From: an uncultured Planctomycetaceae bacterium
GTDB lineage: Bacteria > Planctomycetota > Planctomycetia > Isosphaerales > Isosphaeraceae
Length of the DNA: 64,000 nucleotides
Reading direction: 5' to 3'
Assembly: GCA_963833985.1 (NCBI GenBank)
Contig: CAWIAD010000002.1
Location: 64,001-128,000 of the forward strand
The stretch's first letter is position 1; each line of letters begins with the position of its first letter. The notes beneath the pieces were generated by a model, which was not told the DNA's origin, did no database searches, and was given only the letters and a program-made list of their open reading frames with translations. The position numbers were made by a program, and so were the translations under genes. Positions 46,080-58,684 of this stretch are shown here, one piece after another.

Positions 46080-46421
46080 ATGGCGAAACCCGATGGATCC
46101 ACGAATGCCGGTACCAGCGTGCAGGGAGCGCCTCGGTTCGGCAGCTATATTGGACTTTTTTTTGTGGCCGTGATCCTGGGCATCCTGTTCTTTGCCCTGC
46201 TCCATGACCCGGGAACCAACCATGCATTCGACGGGCTCAGGCCGGGCATGAGCTCGACCGAAGTCGCCGCGGTGCTCGGAGTGGCTCAGGCCGAGAACAA
46301 GGAGGGAACGCTGCTGGTACAGACCTGGCGCATCCCTGACGGCACGCTTTTCGAGGTCCGCTTCCAGGACGGGAAGCTCGTCGCGAAGCAACGCAAGGCG
46401 GCTGGCCGCGCGACTCCTTGA
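46080..46421 (+). CDS. Small membrane-anchored hypothetical protein (BamE/SmpA-like motif)
   Basis: TM helix, then LRPGMSSTEVAAVLG...W...VRFQDGKLVAK. Confidence 0.7.
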   Translation: MAKPDGSTNAGTSVQGAPRFGSYIGLFFVAVILGILFFALLHDPGTNHAFDGLRPGMSSTEVAAVLGVAQAENKEGTLLVQTWRIPDGTLFEVRFQDGKLVAKQRKAAGRATP

Positions 46422-46621
46422 AGCAGCTTGCGCGGGCCGCCCGGTTTCACAGGACCTGCGCCAGGCGGCGGATCTGTTCCCGCCCTTGTGGCCGCCGGAA
46501 ATCGAGGAACCGGCGCAGGGAGCCGGCGAGACGGCCCGCCGGCGGCTGCGCTCTGACCTCGCTTCCCGGCCTCCTGCCCTGCTTCGGTCCGCGTCGTGCG
46601 TGCAGGTTCCCGGGCGCTGGC

Positions 46622-49600
46622 TCACACCCGTTTCTTCTCGAGCTGCATGTTCAGGCCCAGGCCGCGGATCTCGTTGGTGAGAACGTCGAAGCTGGCCGGA
46701 GTGCCGGCCTCGAGGGTGTTCTCACCTTTGACCATGCTCTCGTAGATCTTGGTGCGGCCCTCGACGTCATCGGACTTGACGGTGAGCAGCTCTTGCAAGA
46801 TGTAAGCGGCACCGTAGGCTTCCAGGGCCCAGACTTCCATCTCGCCGAACCGCTGGCCGCCGAAGCGTGCCTTGCCGCCGAGGGGCTGCTGGGTGATCAG
46901 CGAGTAGGGGCCGGTGGCGCGGGCGTGGATCTTGTCGTCCACCAGGTGGTGGAGCTTGAGCATGTAGATGTAGCCCACGGTGACCCGCTGGTCGAACTTC
47001 TGGCCCGTACGGCCGTCGTAAAGTTCGGCCTTGCCGTTCTCGGGCAAGCCGGCGTCCTTCAGGCACTGGCGGATGGTGTCCTCGCTGGCACCGTCGAAGA
47101 CGGGGCAAACGGCCTGGAAGCCCAGCTTGGCCGCGGCCCATCCCAGGTGGGTCTCGAGGATCTGGCCCACGTTCATACGGCTCGGGACGCCCAGGGGGTT
47201 GAGCAGGATCTCCACTCCGGTGCCGTCCTCCAGGAACGGCATGTCCTCCTCGGGAAGGATCTTGGCGATGACGCCCTTGTTGCCGTGGCGGCCGGCCATC
47301 TTATCGCCCACGGAGATGACCCGCTTGGTGGCGATGTAGACCTTCACCATCTGGAGCACGCCGGAGGGAAGCTCGTCGCCCCGCTTCAGGCTGTTGAGCC
47401 TGCGCTCCTTCTCGTCCTTGAGGGCCTCGATGCGCGGGGCGTACTGGCGAACGACGTTCCTGGCCTTCGCGGAGGCGTCGGGACTGCGAATGTCGAGCGC
47501 CTCCAGCTTGAATCGCTCGCTCTCGTCGACCAGGTCCTTGGAGTCCTTGGCGCGGCCCAGGGGCTTGCCGCTGGTCGGGTCGGCAACCGGCCCGCCGACG
47601 GCCTCCTCGAGCGCCTTGACCATCTGCTTGTACTCATCGGCGATGCGGGCGTTCTCGCTGGTCTCGGTGTCCTTGAGCTCCTTCTCGAAGGCCTTGCGCT
47701 CGTCCTCGCTGAGGCTCATCCGGCGGGAGAACCGCTGGGTGTTGATGACGATGCCCTCGACTCCGGAAGGAACCTCCAGCGAGTCGTTCTTGACGTCCTC
47801 GCCAGCCCGCCCGAAGATCGCGTGCAGCAGTTTCTCTTCGGGCGTGAGCTCGCTCTTGCTCTTGGGCGCCACCTTGCCGACGAGGATATCCCCCGGCTTG
47901 ACGTAGGTGCCAATCCGCACCACGCCATTGTCGTCCAGGTTGCGGAGGGCCTTCTCCGAGACGTTGGGGATGTCGCGGGTGAACTCCTCGCGGCCCAGCT
48001 TGGTCTCGCGGATCTCGATCTCGAACTCCTCGATGTGGATCGAGGTGTAGACGTCGTCGCGCACCAGCTTCTCGCTGATGATGATGGCGTCCTCGAAGTT
48101 GTAGCCGTCCCAGGCCATGAAGGCCACCAGGACGTTGCGGCCCAGCGCCAGCTCACCCCGGAAGGTGGAGGCGCCGTCGGCCAAAATCTCGCCCTTCTTG
48201 ACCTTCTGGCCCACCTGCACGATCGGCTTCTGGTTCAGGCAGGTCCGCTCGTTCAGCCCCACGTACTTGCGCAGCTTATAGATATGGTTATGGTCTATAA
48301 TCACGCGGGTCGAATCGACATAAGTGATTGTACCTTCCTGCTGCGCCTTCACGACCATGCCGGAGTTGCCGGCGACGGAGCGTTCCAGCCCCGTGGCGAC
48401 GATGGGCGGCTCGGCCACCAGGAGGGGCACCGCCTGGCGCTGCATGTTGGAGCCCATGAGCGCGCGGTTGGCGTCGTCATGCTCGAGGAACGGGATCAAC
48501 CCGGCCGAGACTCCCACCATCTGCTTGGGTGAGATGTCCATGAACTCGATCTGGTCGACGGCCACGGTGACGAAGTCGGTCTGGTAGCGTGCCGTCAGGG
48601 TAGGCCCCTTGAGCTTCGCGTGCTCGTCCATGACGGCGTCGGCGGGCGCCAGGTAGGCCTCGCTCTCCTCGTCGGCCCGCATCCAGACGACCTCTTCGCT
48701 CTTCTTGCCGTGCTTGATCTTGCGGTACGGCGTGATCAGGAAGCCGTACTCGTCGACACCGCCGTAGATGCCCAGCGAGCTGATCAGCCCGATGTTCGTT
48801 CCCTCGGGGGTCTCGATGGGGCAGATGCGGCCGTAGTGCGAGATGTGCACGTCGCGCACCTCGAAGCCGGCCCGCTTGCGGTTCAGGCCGCCGGGGCCAA
48901 GCGCCGAGAGCCTGCGCTCGTGGGTGAGCTGCGCCAGCGGGTTGGTCTGGTCGACCACCTGCGAGAGCTCGCCGCGGCCGAAGAAGTACTCGATCGCCGC
49001 GCTGATGCTCTTGGGGTTGATGAGCGACCGCGGCGTCATGTCGTCCACTTCCTTCAGGCTCATCCGCTCCTGCACGGTGCGGCGCAGCTTCAGGAACCCC
49101 TTGCGGAGCTCGTCGGCGGCCAGCTCGTCGATGGTCCGCAGCCGGCGGTTGCCCAGGTGGTCGATGTCGTCGATATGCACGCGCGGGTCGTTGCCCTTGC
49201 GCAACCGCAGGATGTAGCGGATGGCGTTGACATAATCCTGCGGGTCGAGGGTCATGCGATCTTCGGGCACGGTCTGGTTGAACTTGCGGTTGATCCGGAA
49301 CCGGCCCACCTTGCCCAGGCGATAGCGGTTGGTGTCGAAGAACTTCTCGTGGAACAGCTCGCGGGCCTTCTCTAGCTGGGGCGGGTTGCCCGGCCGCAGC
49401 CGCTGGTAGATGCGCAGCAGGGCGCTCTCGTGGTCGGTGGTCGGGTCGTCCTGGAGCGACTGGAGGATGAGCTGGTCGCGCGCTTCCTTGAGGACGTTGA
49501 TCGGCCCGATGTTGCCGGCGTCGGCCAGCACCTGGGCGAGCGTCTTGGAGATGGTCGCGCCGCTCTCGATGAGCACCTCGCCACTGGTCGGGTCCACGAC

Positions 49601-50341
49601 GTCTCCGCAAGCGATGCGCCCCTCCAGCCGGGCCGCTGCCTTGGAATCGGCCGAATCGATCACCTCCGGCTCGTAGAAAGCACTCAGAATGGCCTCATCC
49701 GAGGAGTACTGCGGGCTCATGGCGCGGAGCAGGGTCATGGACGAGAACTTGCCGGACTGGTCGATGCGTACCCCCAGCGTCTCCTTCTTGGTGACTTGCA
49801 GCTCAATCCAGCTTCCCCGCTCGGGGATGACGCGGCAGGCGTGCAGCTTCTTGTCGCCGGACTCGACTTCCACCACGAAATCGACGCCCGGCGAGCGGTG
49901 CAGCTGGCTGACAACCACGCGCTCGGCGCCGTTGATGATGAACTCGCCGCCGCCGATCATGATCGGCATGTCGCCCAGGTAGACCGACTCCTCGAGCACC
50001 GTCTCGCCCTTGTTCAGGCGCAGCCAGACGTGCAAGGGCCGGCCGAAGGTGAGCCGGAGCTGCCGGCACTCATCCGGATCGTAACGGGGCTTGCCGAGGT
50101 CGTAGCGCAGGTATTCCAGCTTGAGCGTCTTGTCGTAGCTCTCGATCGGGAAGATTTCCCGGAAAACACCTTCAAGCCCCGTGTCGGTGCGCACTTCGGG
50201 GAGATCGTCGGCTTGCAGGAACCGCTCGTAGCTCCGGGTCTGGATCTGCGTCAGGTCGGGAACCGGGAACTCGTCGTGGATCCGGCCGAAATTCCGTTTC
50301 ACAGACGGGATGATGCGCCGCACGGTGGTCGGAGTGGGCAT
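46622..50341 (-). CDS. rpoB: RNA polymerase beta subunit
   Basis: [42 protein letters not shown]; start MPTPTT after gagaagag. Confidence 0.99.
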   Translation of the reverse strand: MPTPTTVRRIIPSVKRNFGRIHDEFPVPDLTQIQTRSYERFLQADDLPEVRTDTGLEGVFREIFPIESYDKTLKLEYLRYDLGKPRYDPDECRQLRLTFGRPLHVWLRLNKGETVLEESVYLGDMPIMIGGGEFIINGAERVVVSQLHRSPGVDFVVEVESGDKKLHACRVIPERGSWIELQVTKKETLGVRIDQSGKFSSMTLLRAMSPQYSSDEAILSAFYEPEVIDSADSKAAARLEGRIACGDVVDPTSGEVLIESGATISKTLAQVLADAGNIGPINVLKEARDQLILQSLQDDPTTDHESALLRIYQRLRPGNPPQLEKARELFHEKFFDTNRYRLGKVGRFRINRKFNQTVPEDRMTLDPQDYVNAIRYILRLRKGNDPRVHIDDIDHLGNRRLRTIDELAADELRKGFLKLRRTVQERMSLKEVDDMTPRSLINPKSISAAIEYFFGRGELSQVVDQTNPLAQLTHERRLSALGPGGLNRKRAGFEVRDVHISHYGRICPIETPEGTNIGLISSLGIYGGVDEYGFLITPYRKIKHGKKSEEVVWMRADEESEAYLAPADAVMDEHAKLKGPTLTARYQTDFVTVAVDQIEFMDISPKQMVGVSAGLIPFLEHDDANRALMGSNMQRQAVPLLVAEPPIVATGLERSVAGNSGMVVKAQQEGTITYVDSTRVIIDHNHIYKLRKYVGLNERTCLNQKPIVQVGQKVKKGEILADGASTFRGELALGRNVLVAFMAWDGYNFEDAIIISEKLVRDDVYTSIHIEEFEIEIRETKLGREEFTRDIPNVSEKALRNLDDNGVVRIGTYVKPGDILVGKVAPKSKSELTPEEKLLHAIFGRAGEDVKNDSLEVPSGVEGIVINTQRFSRRMSLSEDERKAFEKELKDTETSENARIADEYKQMVKALEEAVGGPVADPTSGKPLGRAKDSKDLVDESERFKLEALDIRSPDASAKARNVVRQYAPRIEALKDEKERRLNSLKRGDELPSGVLQMVKVYIATKRVISVGDKMAGRHGNKGVIAKILPEEDMPFLEDGTGVEILLNPLGVPSRMNVGQILETHLGWAAAKLGFQAVCPVFDGASEDTIRQCLKDAGLPENGKAELYDGRTGQKFDQRVTVGYIYMLKLHHLVDDKIHARATGPYSLITQQPLGGKARFGGQRFGEMEVWALEAYGAAYILQELLTVKSDDVEGRTKIYESMVKGENTLEAGTPASFDVLTNEIRGLGLNMQLEKKRV

Positions 50342-50804
50342 CTCTTCGCGCTCCTCAAGGGGAGTAGGGGGGTACCGGGGCGGTTCTCCATCAAGTTCCG
50401 AGCACGCCCCGCAGCCGCGTTCCGCATCGCCAGGGTCGCTCAAGGCTGAGGCACAAGCAGGACCAGCGCCCGCCGGCGAGGTCCCAGGCCGGATCGGCTC
50501 GGAACAGGAAGACGACATTGATCGGTCGTCCGGGACGTCCACCGCGCGCTCCAATACCCCGAGGACGGCGAGCCAGGGGTCGCCGGCATCGGGGTTCAGC
50601 GCGGGTGGGCAGGTCCCGATTGGGTTCAGCAACAGTGGCGCAGGGTGGCTCGAGCGTGAAGGCACAGAGCCCATGTCCCGTCCGGGGAGAGCCGGTTGCG
50701 CCCCGGCGGAGCCGGACCGCGCCTTCCCGCCAGGGAAACGCCTGACCGGCACTCGAGCAAGGCGCATGGCCCGGAGAATACACGGGTCCGGTGTGCGATC
50801 CCGA

Positions 50805-51215
<411 letters not shown>

Positions 51216-51373
51216 GAGGGTCGGGTCCTTTCTTGCGCTCTCGATCAGATCATGATCATTCTAGCGGCGTTCGTCAAACGCCTGGGGTCGGGAAAGTTGT
51301 GACAGGGCCAGGGTACGTATCCGACGCACCCAGCCGGGAGTGAGACCAACGCAGGCAGGGGCAAAACCGGACC

Positions 51374-51916
51374 TCAGGCCCCGCCTTCCGCCGCCGGCTC
51401 GTCGGCGGCAGGTTCGGACATCGTTTTCAACTGGCCCATCAGGCTGCTCGCGGGCGCGTTCGCCAGTGAGACAATCCGCTGCACCGGCGCCAGCGCCAGG
51501 GAGACCACGCGGCCGATCAACTGCTCGCGGCTGGGGAGCTTGGTGATGTCCTCGACCTGCGACGGAGCAATCACCAGCCCGTCGACGGCCCCCCCCTTGA
51601 TCTCCGGCTTTTTCAGGTGCTTCACCTGGCTCGAGACTTCCTTGGCCAGCTCGGCAACCCCGTCTCCCCCCCAGACCAGCACCGACGGCCCCTCGAGATA
51701 CTTCGAGAGCCCGTCCATGCCCATCTCCGAGAACACGCGGCGCGCGAGCGTATTCTTGAGGGCCCGCACCCGGATCGACTTCTTCCGCAGGTCGCGGCGG
51801 AGCTGGTGCTCGGCGATGGCGTCGAGCCCCTTCAGATCCAGGATCAGGACCGACCGGCTGCCGTTCAGGTCCGACCGCAGCTGGTCCATCATCAATTCTT
51901 TGACGTATTTGCTCAT
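51374..51916 (-). CDS. rplJ: 50S ribosomal protein L10
   Basis: LRRDLR...KNTLARR...LPSREQLIG; position between rplA and rplL. Confidence 0.95.
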   Translation of the reverse strand: MSKYVKELMMDQLRSDLNGSRSVLILDLKGLDAIAEHQLRRDLRKKSIRVRALKNTLARRVFSEMGMDGLSKYLEGPSVLVWGGDGVAELAKEVSSQVKHLKKPEIKGGAVDGLVIAPSQVEDITKLPSREQLIGRVVSLALAPVQRIVSLANAPASSLMGQLKTMSEPAADEPAAEGGA

Positions 51917-51976
51917 TGGTTATTCCGTGATCCTCTCATGCAGGCGGCCCGGGCCACCGGGTGAAGCCGGACCGGC

Positions 51977-52657
51977 TCAGGCCGTGACCCGGATTCCGGG
52001 GCTCATCGTGGCCGAGACCGTGACCGACTGGAGGTACGTTCCCTTCGCCGCCGCCGGCTTGAGCGACCGCAGGTAGTTGAGGAAGGCGTTGATGTTCTCG
52101 ATGAGCTGCTCGTCGCTGAAGTTGATCTTGCCGACGGGCACGGCCACGTTCCCTCCCTTGTCATTGCGAAACTCGATCTTGCCGGCCTTGAACTCGCGCA
52201 CCGCCGACGAGATGTCCACGGCGACGGTCCCTGACCGGGGCGAGGGCATCAGCCCGCGGGGGCCGAGCACGCGCCCCAGGGGACCGACGATGCCCATCAT
52301 GTCGGGCGTGGCCAGCGCGACATCAAAATCCATCGTCCCGCCCTTGATCTGCTGTGCCAGGTCGTCGGCGCCCACGATATCGGCGCCGGCGGCGCGGGCT
52401 TTCTCGGCATTCTCGCCCTGGGCGAAGACCGCCACGCGCACGCTCTTGCCAATGCCATGGGGCAGGGCGACCGAACCGCGCACATTCTGGTCGCTCTGGC
52501 GCGGGTCGATGCCCAGGTGCGTCGAGACCTCGACGGTCTGGTTGAACTTGGTGGTGCCGAACGTCTTCAAGAGCTTGACCGCGTCGGCCAGCGAGACCGG
52601 ACCGGGTGCCTTGATCTTGTCGCTCAGTGCGCGAAATCGCTTCGAGTGCTGGGGCAA
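51977..52657 (-). CDS. rplA: 50S ribosomal protein L1
   Basis: LGIDPRQSDQNVRGSVALPHG, LGPRGLMPSPRSG, TMSPG; TTG start after aggagg. Confidence 0.98.
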   Translation of the reverse strand: MPQHSKRFRALSDKIKAPGPVSLADAVKLLKTFGTTKFNQTVEVSTHLGIDPRQSDQNVRGSVALPHGIGKSVRVAVFAQGENAEKARAAGADIVGADDLAQQIKGGTMDFDVALATPDMMGIVGPLGRVLGPRGLMPSPRSGTVAVDISSAVREFKAGKIEFRNDKGGNVAVPVGKINFSDEQLIENINAFLNYLRSLKPAAAKGTYLQSVTVSATMSPGIRVTA

Positions 52658-52798
52658 GTTTGCCCTCCTTTCGCCCTTCCGGGCTGCCGCCTTTTCGGAT
52701 CATTCCCGTTGCCCGCGGGCGGTCGCGTCAGGCAGGAACCGTACTCAGTTAGCCTGTCATCCGGATCGGATCGGTCTGACCTCAGGTCTCCTTCGAGG

Positions 52799-53164
52799 TT
52801 AGAGCGGCTCACACTCGGAATCGATCACATAACCAATGGCTCGAATCATGTCACGCATGGACGATGCATCGAGCGTGGCGATCGGGCCGCGATCGAGGTC
52901 GAGTCGGGCCTTCTCCAGACTGGCGATACTCTCACATTGAGCCACGGAGTCTTTCGTGAAACCGAAACGACCGGCTCGGAAGGGCACACAATTCCGCATC
53001 CCGCTCCGCGCCGCGAACTTCCTCGATGTACAGCTCACAACAACGACATATTCGCCGCGATTCAGTTTTTCCCTCGAAACGACGACCACGCGATGCTGAT
53101 CCTCCTCGGAAAGAGGCTGATCCTCCTCGGAAAGATGGATCTTATAGATTTCGCCGGGTCGCAT
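52799..53164 (-). CDS. PemK/MazF-family toxin (putative endoribonuclease)
   Basis: MRPGEIY...HRVVVVSREKLNRGEYVVVVSCTS...GFTKDSVAQCESIASLEKARL...IATLD..SMRDMIRAI matches the MazF pattern. Confidence 0.85.
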   Translation of the reverse strand: MRPGEIYKIHLSEEDQPLSEEDQHRVVVVSREKLNRGEYVVVVSCTSRKFAARSGMRNCVPFRAGRFGFTKDSVAQCESIASLEKARLDLDRGPIATLDASSMRDMIRAIGYVIDSECEPL

Positions 53165-53637
53165 CACAGGTCTTCCTTGATGCGTCGGCTGAAAGCAGCG
53201 AAAGCGGCCTTGTGAAACGCCTTCTGCTCCCTCTCGTCCGCTTCGTACTCTTCTCTTTCCTCGACGCTGGCGAATCGATCGTTCGGATTGCCCAGATGCG
53301 TCTCCTCGGTGATCGACCAGACCGACACGGAACAGATCCCGTTCCGGTCGCGGCCTGAGGGCCCGGTGATCCGCCTGGCGGACTGCCGTGCGCCGACCTT
53401 CTTCTGGCCAAAAGCGTAAAGAAATCTCCCAAGCTGCTGATCGGCGGTCATTTCCGGATCGGCGCAATCGCCATAAAGCTCATAGATCGCGTACAGCTCG
53501 TCATTGCGGTGTTCACTGAGCCAGTTGATAAGGTCGTGGCCATCGTAATCGCCGCGCTCCGAGAACGTCTCGCGCACGGCACGAACGCCCTCGCGAATCG
53601 CCGCAACCAGAGCCGAATCCTCCTCGAAGCGTGCCAT
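53164..53637 (-). CDS. Hypothetical protein, candidate antitoxin
   Basis: TGATG overlap with the toxin start; acidic helical C-terminus; starts 6 nt after the rplK stop. Confidence 0.7.
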   Translation of the reverse strand: MARFEEDSALVAAIREGVRAVRETFSERGDYDGHDLINWLSEHRNDELYAIYELYGDCADPEMTADQQLGRFLYAFGQKKVGARQSARRITGPSGRDRNGICSVSVWSITEETHLGNPNDRFASVEEREEYEADEREQKAFHKAAFAAFSRRIKEDL

Positions 53638-53643
53638 GAAGCC

Positions 53644-54069
53644 TCATCCCTTGACTTCCACCCCCATGCTGCGGGCCGTGCCGGCGATGACCCGGCAGGC
53701 GTGCTCGATGTCGCGGGCATTCAGGTCGGCGAACTTCGTCTCGGCGATCTTCCGGACCTGCTCGGCGGTGACGGTGCCGACCTTCGTCTTGTTTGGCACC
53801 GCCGAACCGGCAGCAATACCGGCGGCCTGCTTGAGCAGCACCGCGGCCGGCGGGCTCTTGGTGATGAACTCGAACGAGCGATCCGAGTACACCGTGATCT
53901 CGACGGGGATGGTTGTCCCCTTCATGTCCTTGGTGCGCTCGTTGAACTGCATCACGAACTGACCGATATTCACCCCGTGCTGGCCGAGGGCCGGCCCCAC
54001 CGGCGGCGCGGGCGTCGCTTGCCCGCCGGTGCACTGTAGCTTCACCTTCGCCGTCATTACCTTGGCCAT
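53644..54069 (-). CDS. rplK: 50S ribosomal protein L11
   Basis: [25 protein letters not shown]. Confidence 0.99.
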   Translation of the reverse strand: MAKVMTAKVKLQCTGGQATPAPPVGPALGQHGVNIGQFVMQFNERTKDMKGTTIPVEITVYSDRSFEFITKSPPAAVLLKQAAGIAAGSAVPNKTKVGTVTAEQVRKIAETKFADLNARDIEHACRVIAGTARSMGVEVKG

Positions 54070-54160
54070 GTGTCTCTTCTCGCTCTCTCACCCCAGGAAC
54101 GGACGTCTTCCAATCTCGTATTCGACCGCGACGCGGGCCCGGCCGCCGGCCGCACCCCGC

Positions 54161-55021
54161 TCAGATTCGCTCCAGTTGCCAGTACTCGAGGTCCACCGGC
54201 GTGGGACGGTTGAAGATGATGAGCATCACCTTCACCAGGCCGCGCCCCTCGATCACTTCCTCGACGGTCCCCTCGAAGTTCTCGAACGGCCCATCCTTGA
54301 TCTTCACGCGGTCGCCGCGTTCCACGTCGATGCGGAACTTGGGGGTCTCCGCGGTCGTCTTCTCTTCTTCCTGGTGCAGCATCTGGTTGACCTCGGCGTC
54401 GGTCATCTTCGTGGGCGTGCCGTGCGCCCCGACGAAGTCGCCAACGCCCGGCGTCTCACGCACCAGGAACCAGGTCTTCTCGTTCAGCTCCATCTGCACC
54501 ATGATGTAGCCGGGGTACGTCTTGCGCTCCACGATCCGCTTCTTGTTGTTGCGGATCTCGGTGATCTTCTCAGTGGGCACCACGATCTTGTCGAAGTACC
54601 TTTGCAGCCCCTTGATCTTGACGTTGCGCTGCAAGGCGTCGCGGATCGTGTCCTCGCGCGAGCTTTGAACCTTGAGCACGTACCAGACGAGTTCCGGTTT
54701 GGGCTCGTCGTCGTCATCGGCGGGCGCGGCCGCGGCCGCGACCGGCTCAGGTGCTGAGGCCGGGACATCGGCCTGCGGCTCCGGGATCTCTGGTGCGGAC
54801 TCCGGCTCCGCTGCTGACTCGCCGGCGGCCGGCTTGACTCGCGCCCGGCGCTTTCGTGCGGGGGCCCTGGCGTCGGCCGCACCGCCGGCGGGGAGTTCCT
54901 CGCCGGCCGCGGCCTCGAGGTCCGGATCCGCGTCCGATGTGCTGCCTGGCGCCGGGGTCTCGCTCGGCGCTGCCGCCGGCTCGGCGGTCGGGTCCATGGG
55001 GTCGTCGCTCGGGTCGCTCAT
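54161..55021 (-). CDS. nusG: Transcription factor NusG with long N-terminal extension
   Basis: WYVLKVQSSRED, YPGYIMVQM, VRETPGVGDFVG, KOW GDRVKIKDGPF, IFNRPTPV. Confidence 0.97.
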   Translation of the reverse strand: MSDPSDDPMDPTAEPAAAPSETPAPGSTSDADPDLEAAAGEELPAGGAADARAPARKRRARVKPAAGESAAEPESAPEIPEPQADVPASAPEPVAAAAAPADDDDEPKPELVWYVLKVQSSREDTIRDALQRNVKIKGLQRYFDKIVVPTEKITEIRNNKKRIVERKTYPGYIMVQMELNEKTWFLVRETPGVGDFVGAHGTPTKMTDAEVNQMLHQEEEKTTAETPKFRIDVERGDRVKIKDGPFENFEGTVEEVIEGRGLVKVMLIIFNRPTPVDLEYWQLERI

Positions 55022-55119
55022 GATCGATTCAACAAAAATAAACTGGATCTCGGCCCGGCGCACCGTGCGGGCAGGGTGCCTCCCGAGCCTGGGGTGTACG
55101 AGTCAGACGTCGAGTCCCG

Positions 55120-55644
55120 TCAGGCGGTCGAGCCGAAGCCTCCTCCGCCTGTGAACTTGAGAACGCCGATGTTGCGCAGGATGAACAGCCAGAGCCAGTC
55201 CACGACGAACAGAAAAACGGCCATGACCACGACGGTCGCGAGCACCACGATCGTGGCCCGGTAGAGCTCGTCCTTGCTCGTCCATGAGACCTTGTTCATC
55301 TCGGCTTCGGTGGCGATGAGGAACTCGGCGAAGGGCTGGAAGTGAACGATCCGGAAGATGAGCCAGCCAAAGATGAGGGCGATCCCCGCCGGAATACCCA
55401 GCCGCCAGTATGGGTTGTAGTCGATGCACGATTCGTAGACCCGCCAGACTCCGGCAGCCGCGATCACCCCGAGTCCGAGGGCCGTGTAGATCCGGGCGTA
55501 CCAGCCCTGCATGGGCTTGAACAGTCCGGCCTGCCCCAGGTTCAGGAAGAACTGGACGAAGGTATTCGGCGGGCTCCCGCCCGGTTTCCCCTTGGAGGGT
55601 TTTGCCGGCTTCGATGCCGATTCGACGTCTTTGAGTTTACCCAT
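55120..55644 (-). CDS. secE: Preprotein translocase subunit SecE (3-TM form)
   Basis: EFLIATEAEMNKVSWTS motif; position between tRNA-Trp and nusG. Confidence 0.95.
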   Translation of the reverse strand: MGKLKDVESASKPAKPSKGKPGGSPPNTFVQFFLNLGQAGLFKPMQGWYARIYTALGLGVIAAAGVWRVYESCIDYNPYWRLGIPAGIALIFGWLIFRIVHFQPFAEFLIATEAEMNKVSWTSKDELYRATIVVLATVVVMAVFLFVVDWLWLFILRNIGVLKFTGGGGFGSTA

Positions 55645-55734
55645 GGCACCGGTCCCGCTTGTCTTGCCGGGGAAACCACCCCGATCGACGCGTTGAAAAT
55701 CTGTGAATCGAACGGCACGTTGGCCTTGCCGCAG

Positions 55735-55807
55735 CACGAGCGGAGGGAATCGAACCCCCAACCGCCGGTTTTGGAGACCGGTGCTCTACCAATTGAGCTA
55801 CGCTCGT
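55735..55807 (-). tRNA. tRNA-Trp (CCA)
   Basis: Cloverleaf ACGAGCG/CGCTCGT, anticodon loop CTCCAAA, TTCGATT; 3' CCA not encoded. Confidence 0.97.
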
Positions 55808-55967
55808 AACGTTCCAGGGCCAGGAACCGGTCCGCCGGCCAGGCGGCCGCATCTTGACTGGACGGGCCGCACGAGCGATCTCGCGACGGGCGGCAGCCAG
55901 CGGGCATCCACGGCGGGCCGCGGCACGCGACCACACCGGCACACCGCACAGCCCGCTCGACGCGCGA

Positions 55968-56120
55968 TCACTTCTTGCGCGACTCCTTGTGAGCCGTGTG
56001 CTTGCGTTCCCGGCGACAGTATTTCTTGAGCTCCAGCCGACCGGCACCACGGGTTTCTTTCTGCACCCGGTAGTTCCGGTCGCCACAGGCGGTGCATTCG
56101 AGCCAAACATACTCACGCAT
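55968..56120 (-). CDS. rpmG: 50S ribosomal protein L33 (not in the ORF track)
   Basis: MREYVWLECTACGDRNYRVQKETRGAGRLELKKYCRRERKHTAHKESRKK. Confidence 0.96.
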   Translation of the reverse strand: MREYVWLECTACGDRNYRVQKETRGAGRLELKKYCRRERKHTAHKESRKK

Positions 56121-56382
56121 GACCAAGCCGCTCCTGCCTTACGCAGCGCTCGTAGATCACGGCTTGAAACCTTTGGATGCCGTGAAATCCGGGGGAAAAA
56201 ACGCGAGATCCTGAATGTTCACGGTGCGGCCAGGCTGGGTCCCCGACGGACCGGGCAGCCAGCCGCACCCCAAGAAAACGGAACCGGAACCAGGGCCCGC
56301 CCCAGTCCCGGGATCAACCGGGGACCCGTGCCGGCGAGGTCGCCCGCCCGGATGACTGACGTGGCTCGCGGCGAGGCGCGGG

Positions 56383-57594
<1,212 letters not shown>

Positions 57595-57763
57595 TTGCGA
57601 TTGCGCCTTTACGGCATTCCTGAGGTCGAAGTCAAAATGGCGGGAACCCTTCAGGCAGCCCCACCCGCCAGCACGATCCGGTTCGGACGGCCATCCCGGC
57701 GGCCGGGGCCTGCCGCCAGGCACGTCACATGTCACGCCCGAAGTTTGGGCAACCGACCCAAAG

Positions 57764-57836
<73 letters not shown>

Positions 57837-57894
57837 AGTGTTCTGGTTCTACGTGCTCTCTCCTGGTCACGCTCCGTTCTGGTCCCGATCGAAA

Positions 57895-57965
57895 AGCGGG
57901 TGATGGGAATCGAACCCACGCAGCCTGCTTGGAAGGCAGGGGCTCTACCACTGAGCTACACCCGC
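57895..57965 (-). tRNA. tRNA-Gly (TCC)
   Basis: GCGGGTG/CACCCGC acceptor stem, loop CTTCCAA. Confidence 0.97.
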
Positions 57966-58134
57966 GTCAATGGAAACACCGGTCATCTTGCCGGGCATCC
58001 GCAGACGCCCCTCGGCAGATCACCGGCCCGTCCAAAACGAAACGAATCCGCGGTCGCACCGCGCGCTGTCGTTGTTCCTCCAATCCGTCCAGATCCGGCA
58101 AGGCCCTCGGTGGTGCAAGTGCAAGGAATCGTGA

Positions 58135-58216
58135 TGGGTGGAGCAGGATTCGAACCTGCGAAGGCAGTGCCACCAGATTTACAGTCTGGCCCCTTTGGCC
58201 GCTTGGGTATCCACCC
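58135..58216 (-). tRNA. tRNA-Tyr (GTA)
   Basis: GGGTGGA/TCCACCC acceptor stem, loop CTGTAAA, long variable arm. Confidence 0.97.
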
Positions 58217-58302
58217 GCTCGGAGGCTCGCCGTCCCGGCGGTCGGCCTCGTCTGAGGCAGGGGCCGGATCGGGCGGCGATCGGCTCCTGACTCGCTGGAC
58301 AG

Positions 58303-58375
58303 AGCTGGCGGTGAGACTCGAACTCACAACCTACGGTTTACAAAACCGTTGCTCTGCCGGTTGAGCTACGCCAGC
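58303..58375 (-). tRNA. tRNA-Thr (TGT)
   Basis: GCTGGCG/CGCCAGC acceptor stem, loop TTTGTAA. Confidence 0.97.
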
Positions 58376-58397
58376 AACCTGGGCCGTGAAATCACCT

Positions 58398-58425
58398 ACT
58401 ATATCGTCGGTTTGAGCGATTGCAA
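58398..58425 (-). promoter_or_regulatory. Sigma-70 promoter for the tRNA-tuf operon
   Basis: Minus strand TTGCAA-N16-TATAGT, 22 nt upstream of tRNA-Thr(TGT). Confidence 0.7.
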
Positions 58426-58684
58426 GAGATTTCATGGACCGACACGGCGGACGCCGATCGGGGCGATGACCTATGATATCGCGTCGGCCCCGTGGCCGGC
58501 AAGGGACCAGAGCACGAAAAACCAGTGGCATACCCGAGCCTCGCAGCGCCTGCGCAAGCAGCCCCCGGATTCTCACCAGATCGGACGACTGAACAGGGTC
58601 GGGGCCCCGGGGAGCCTGGGGCGCCCGGGGCCTCGAAAAGCGATCGCGGAGAGGCTGGAACGGGGCGAGCCCCGGTCCGACCGC

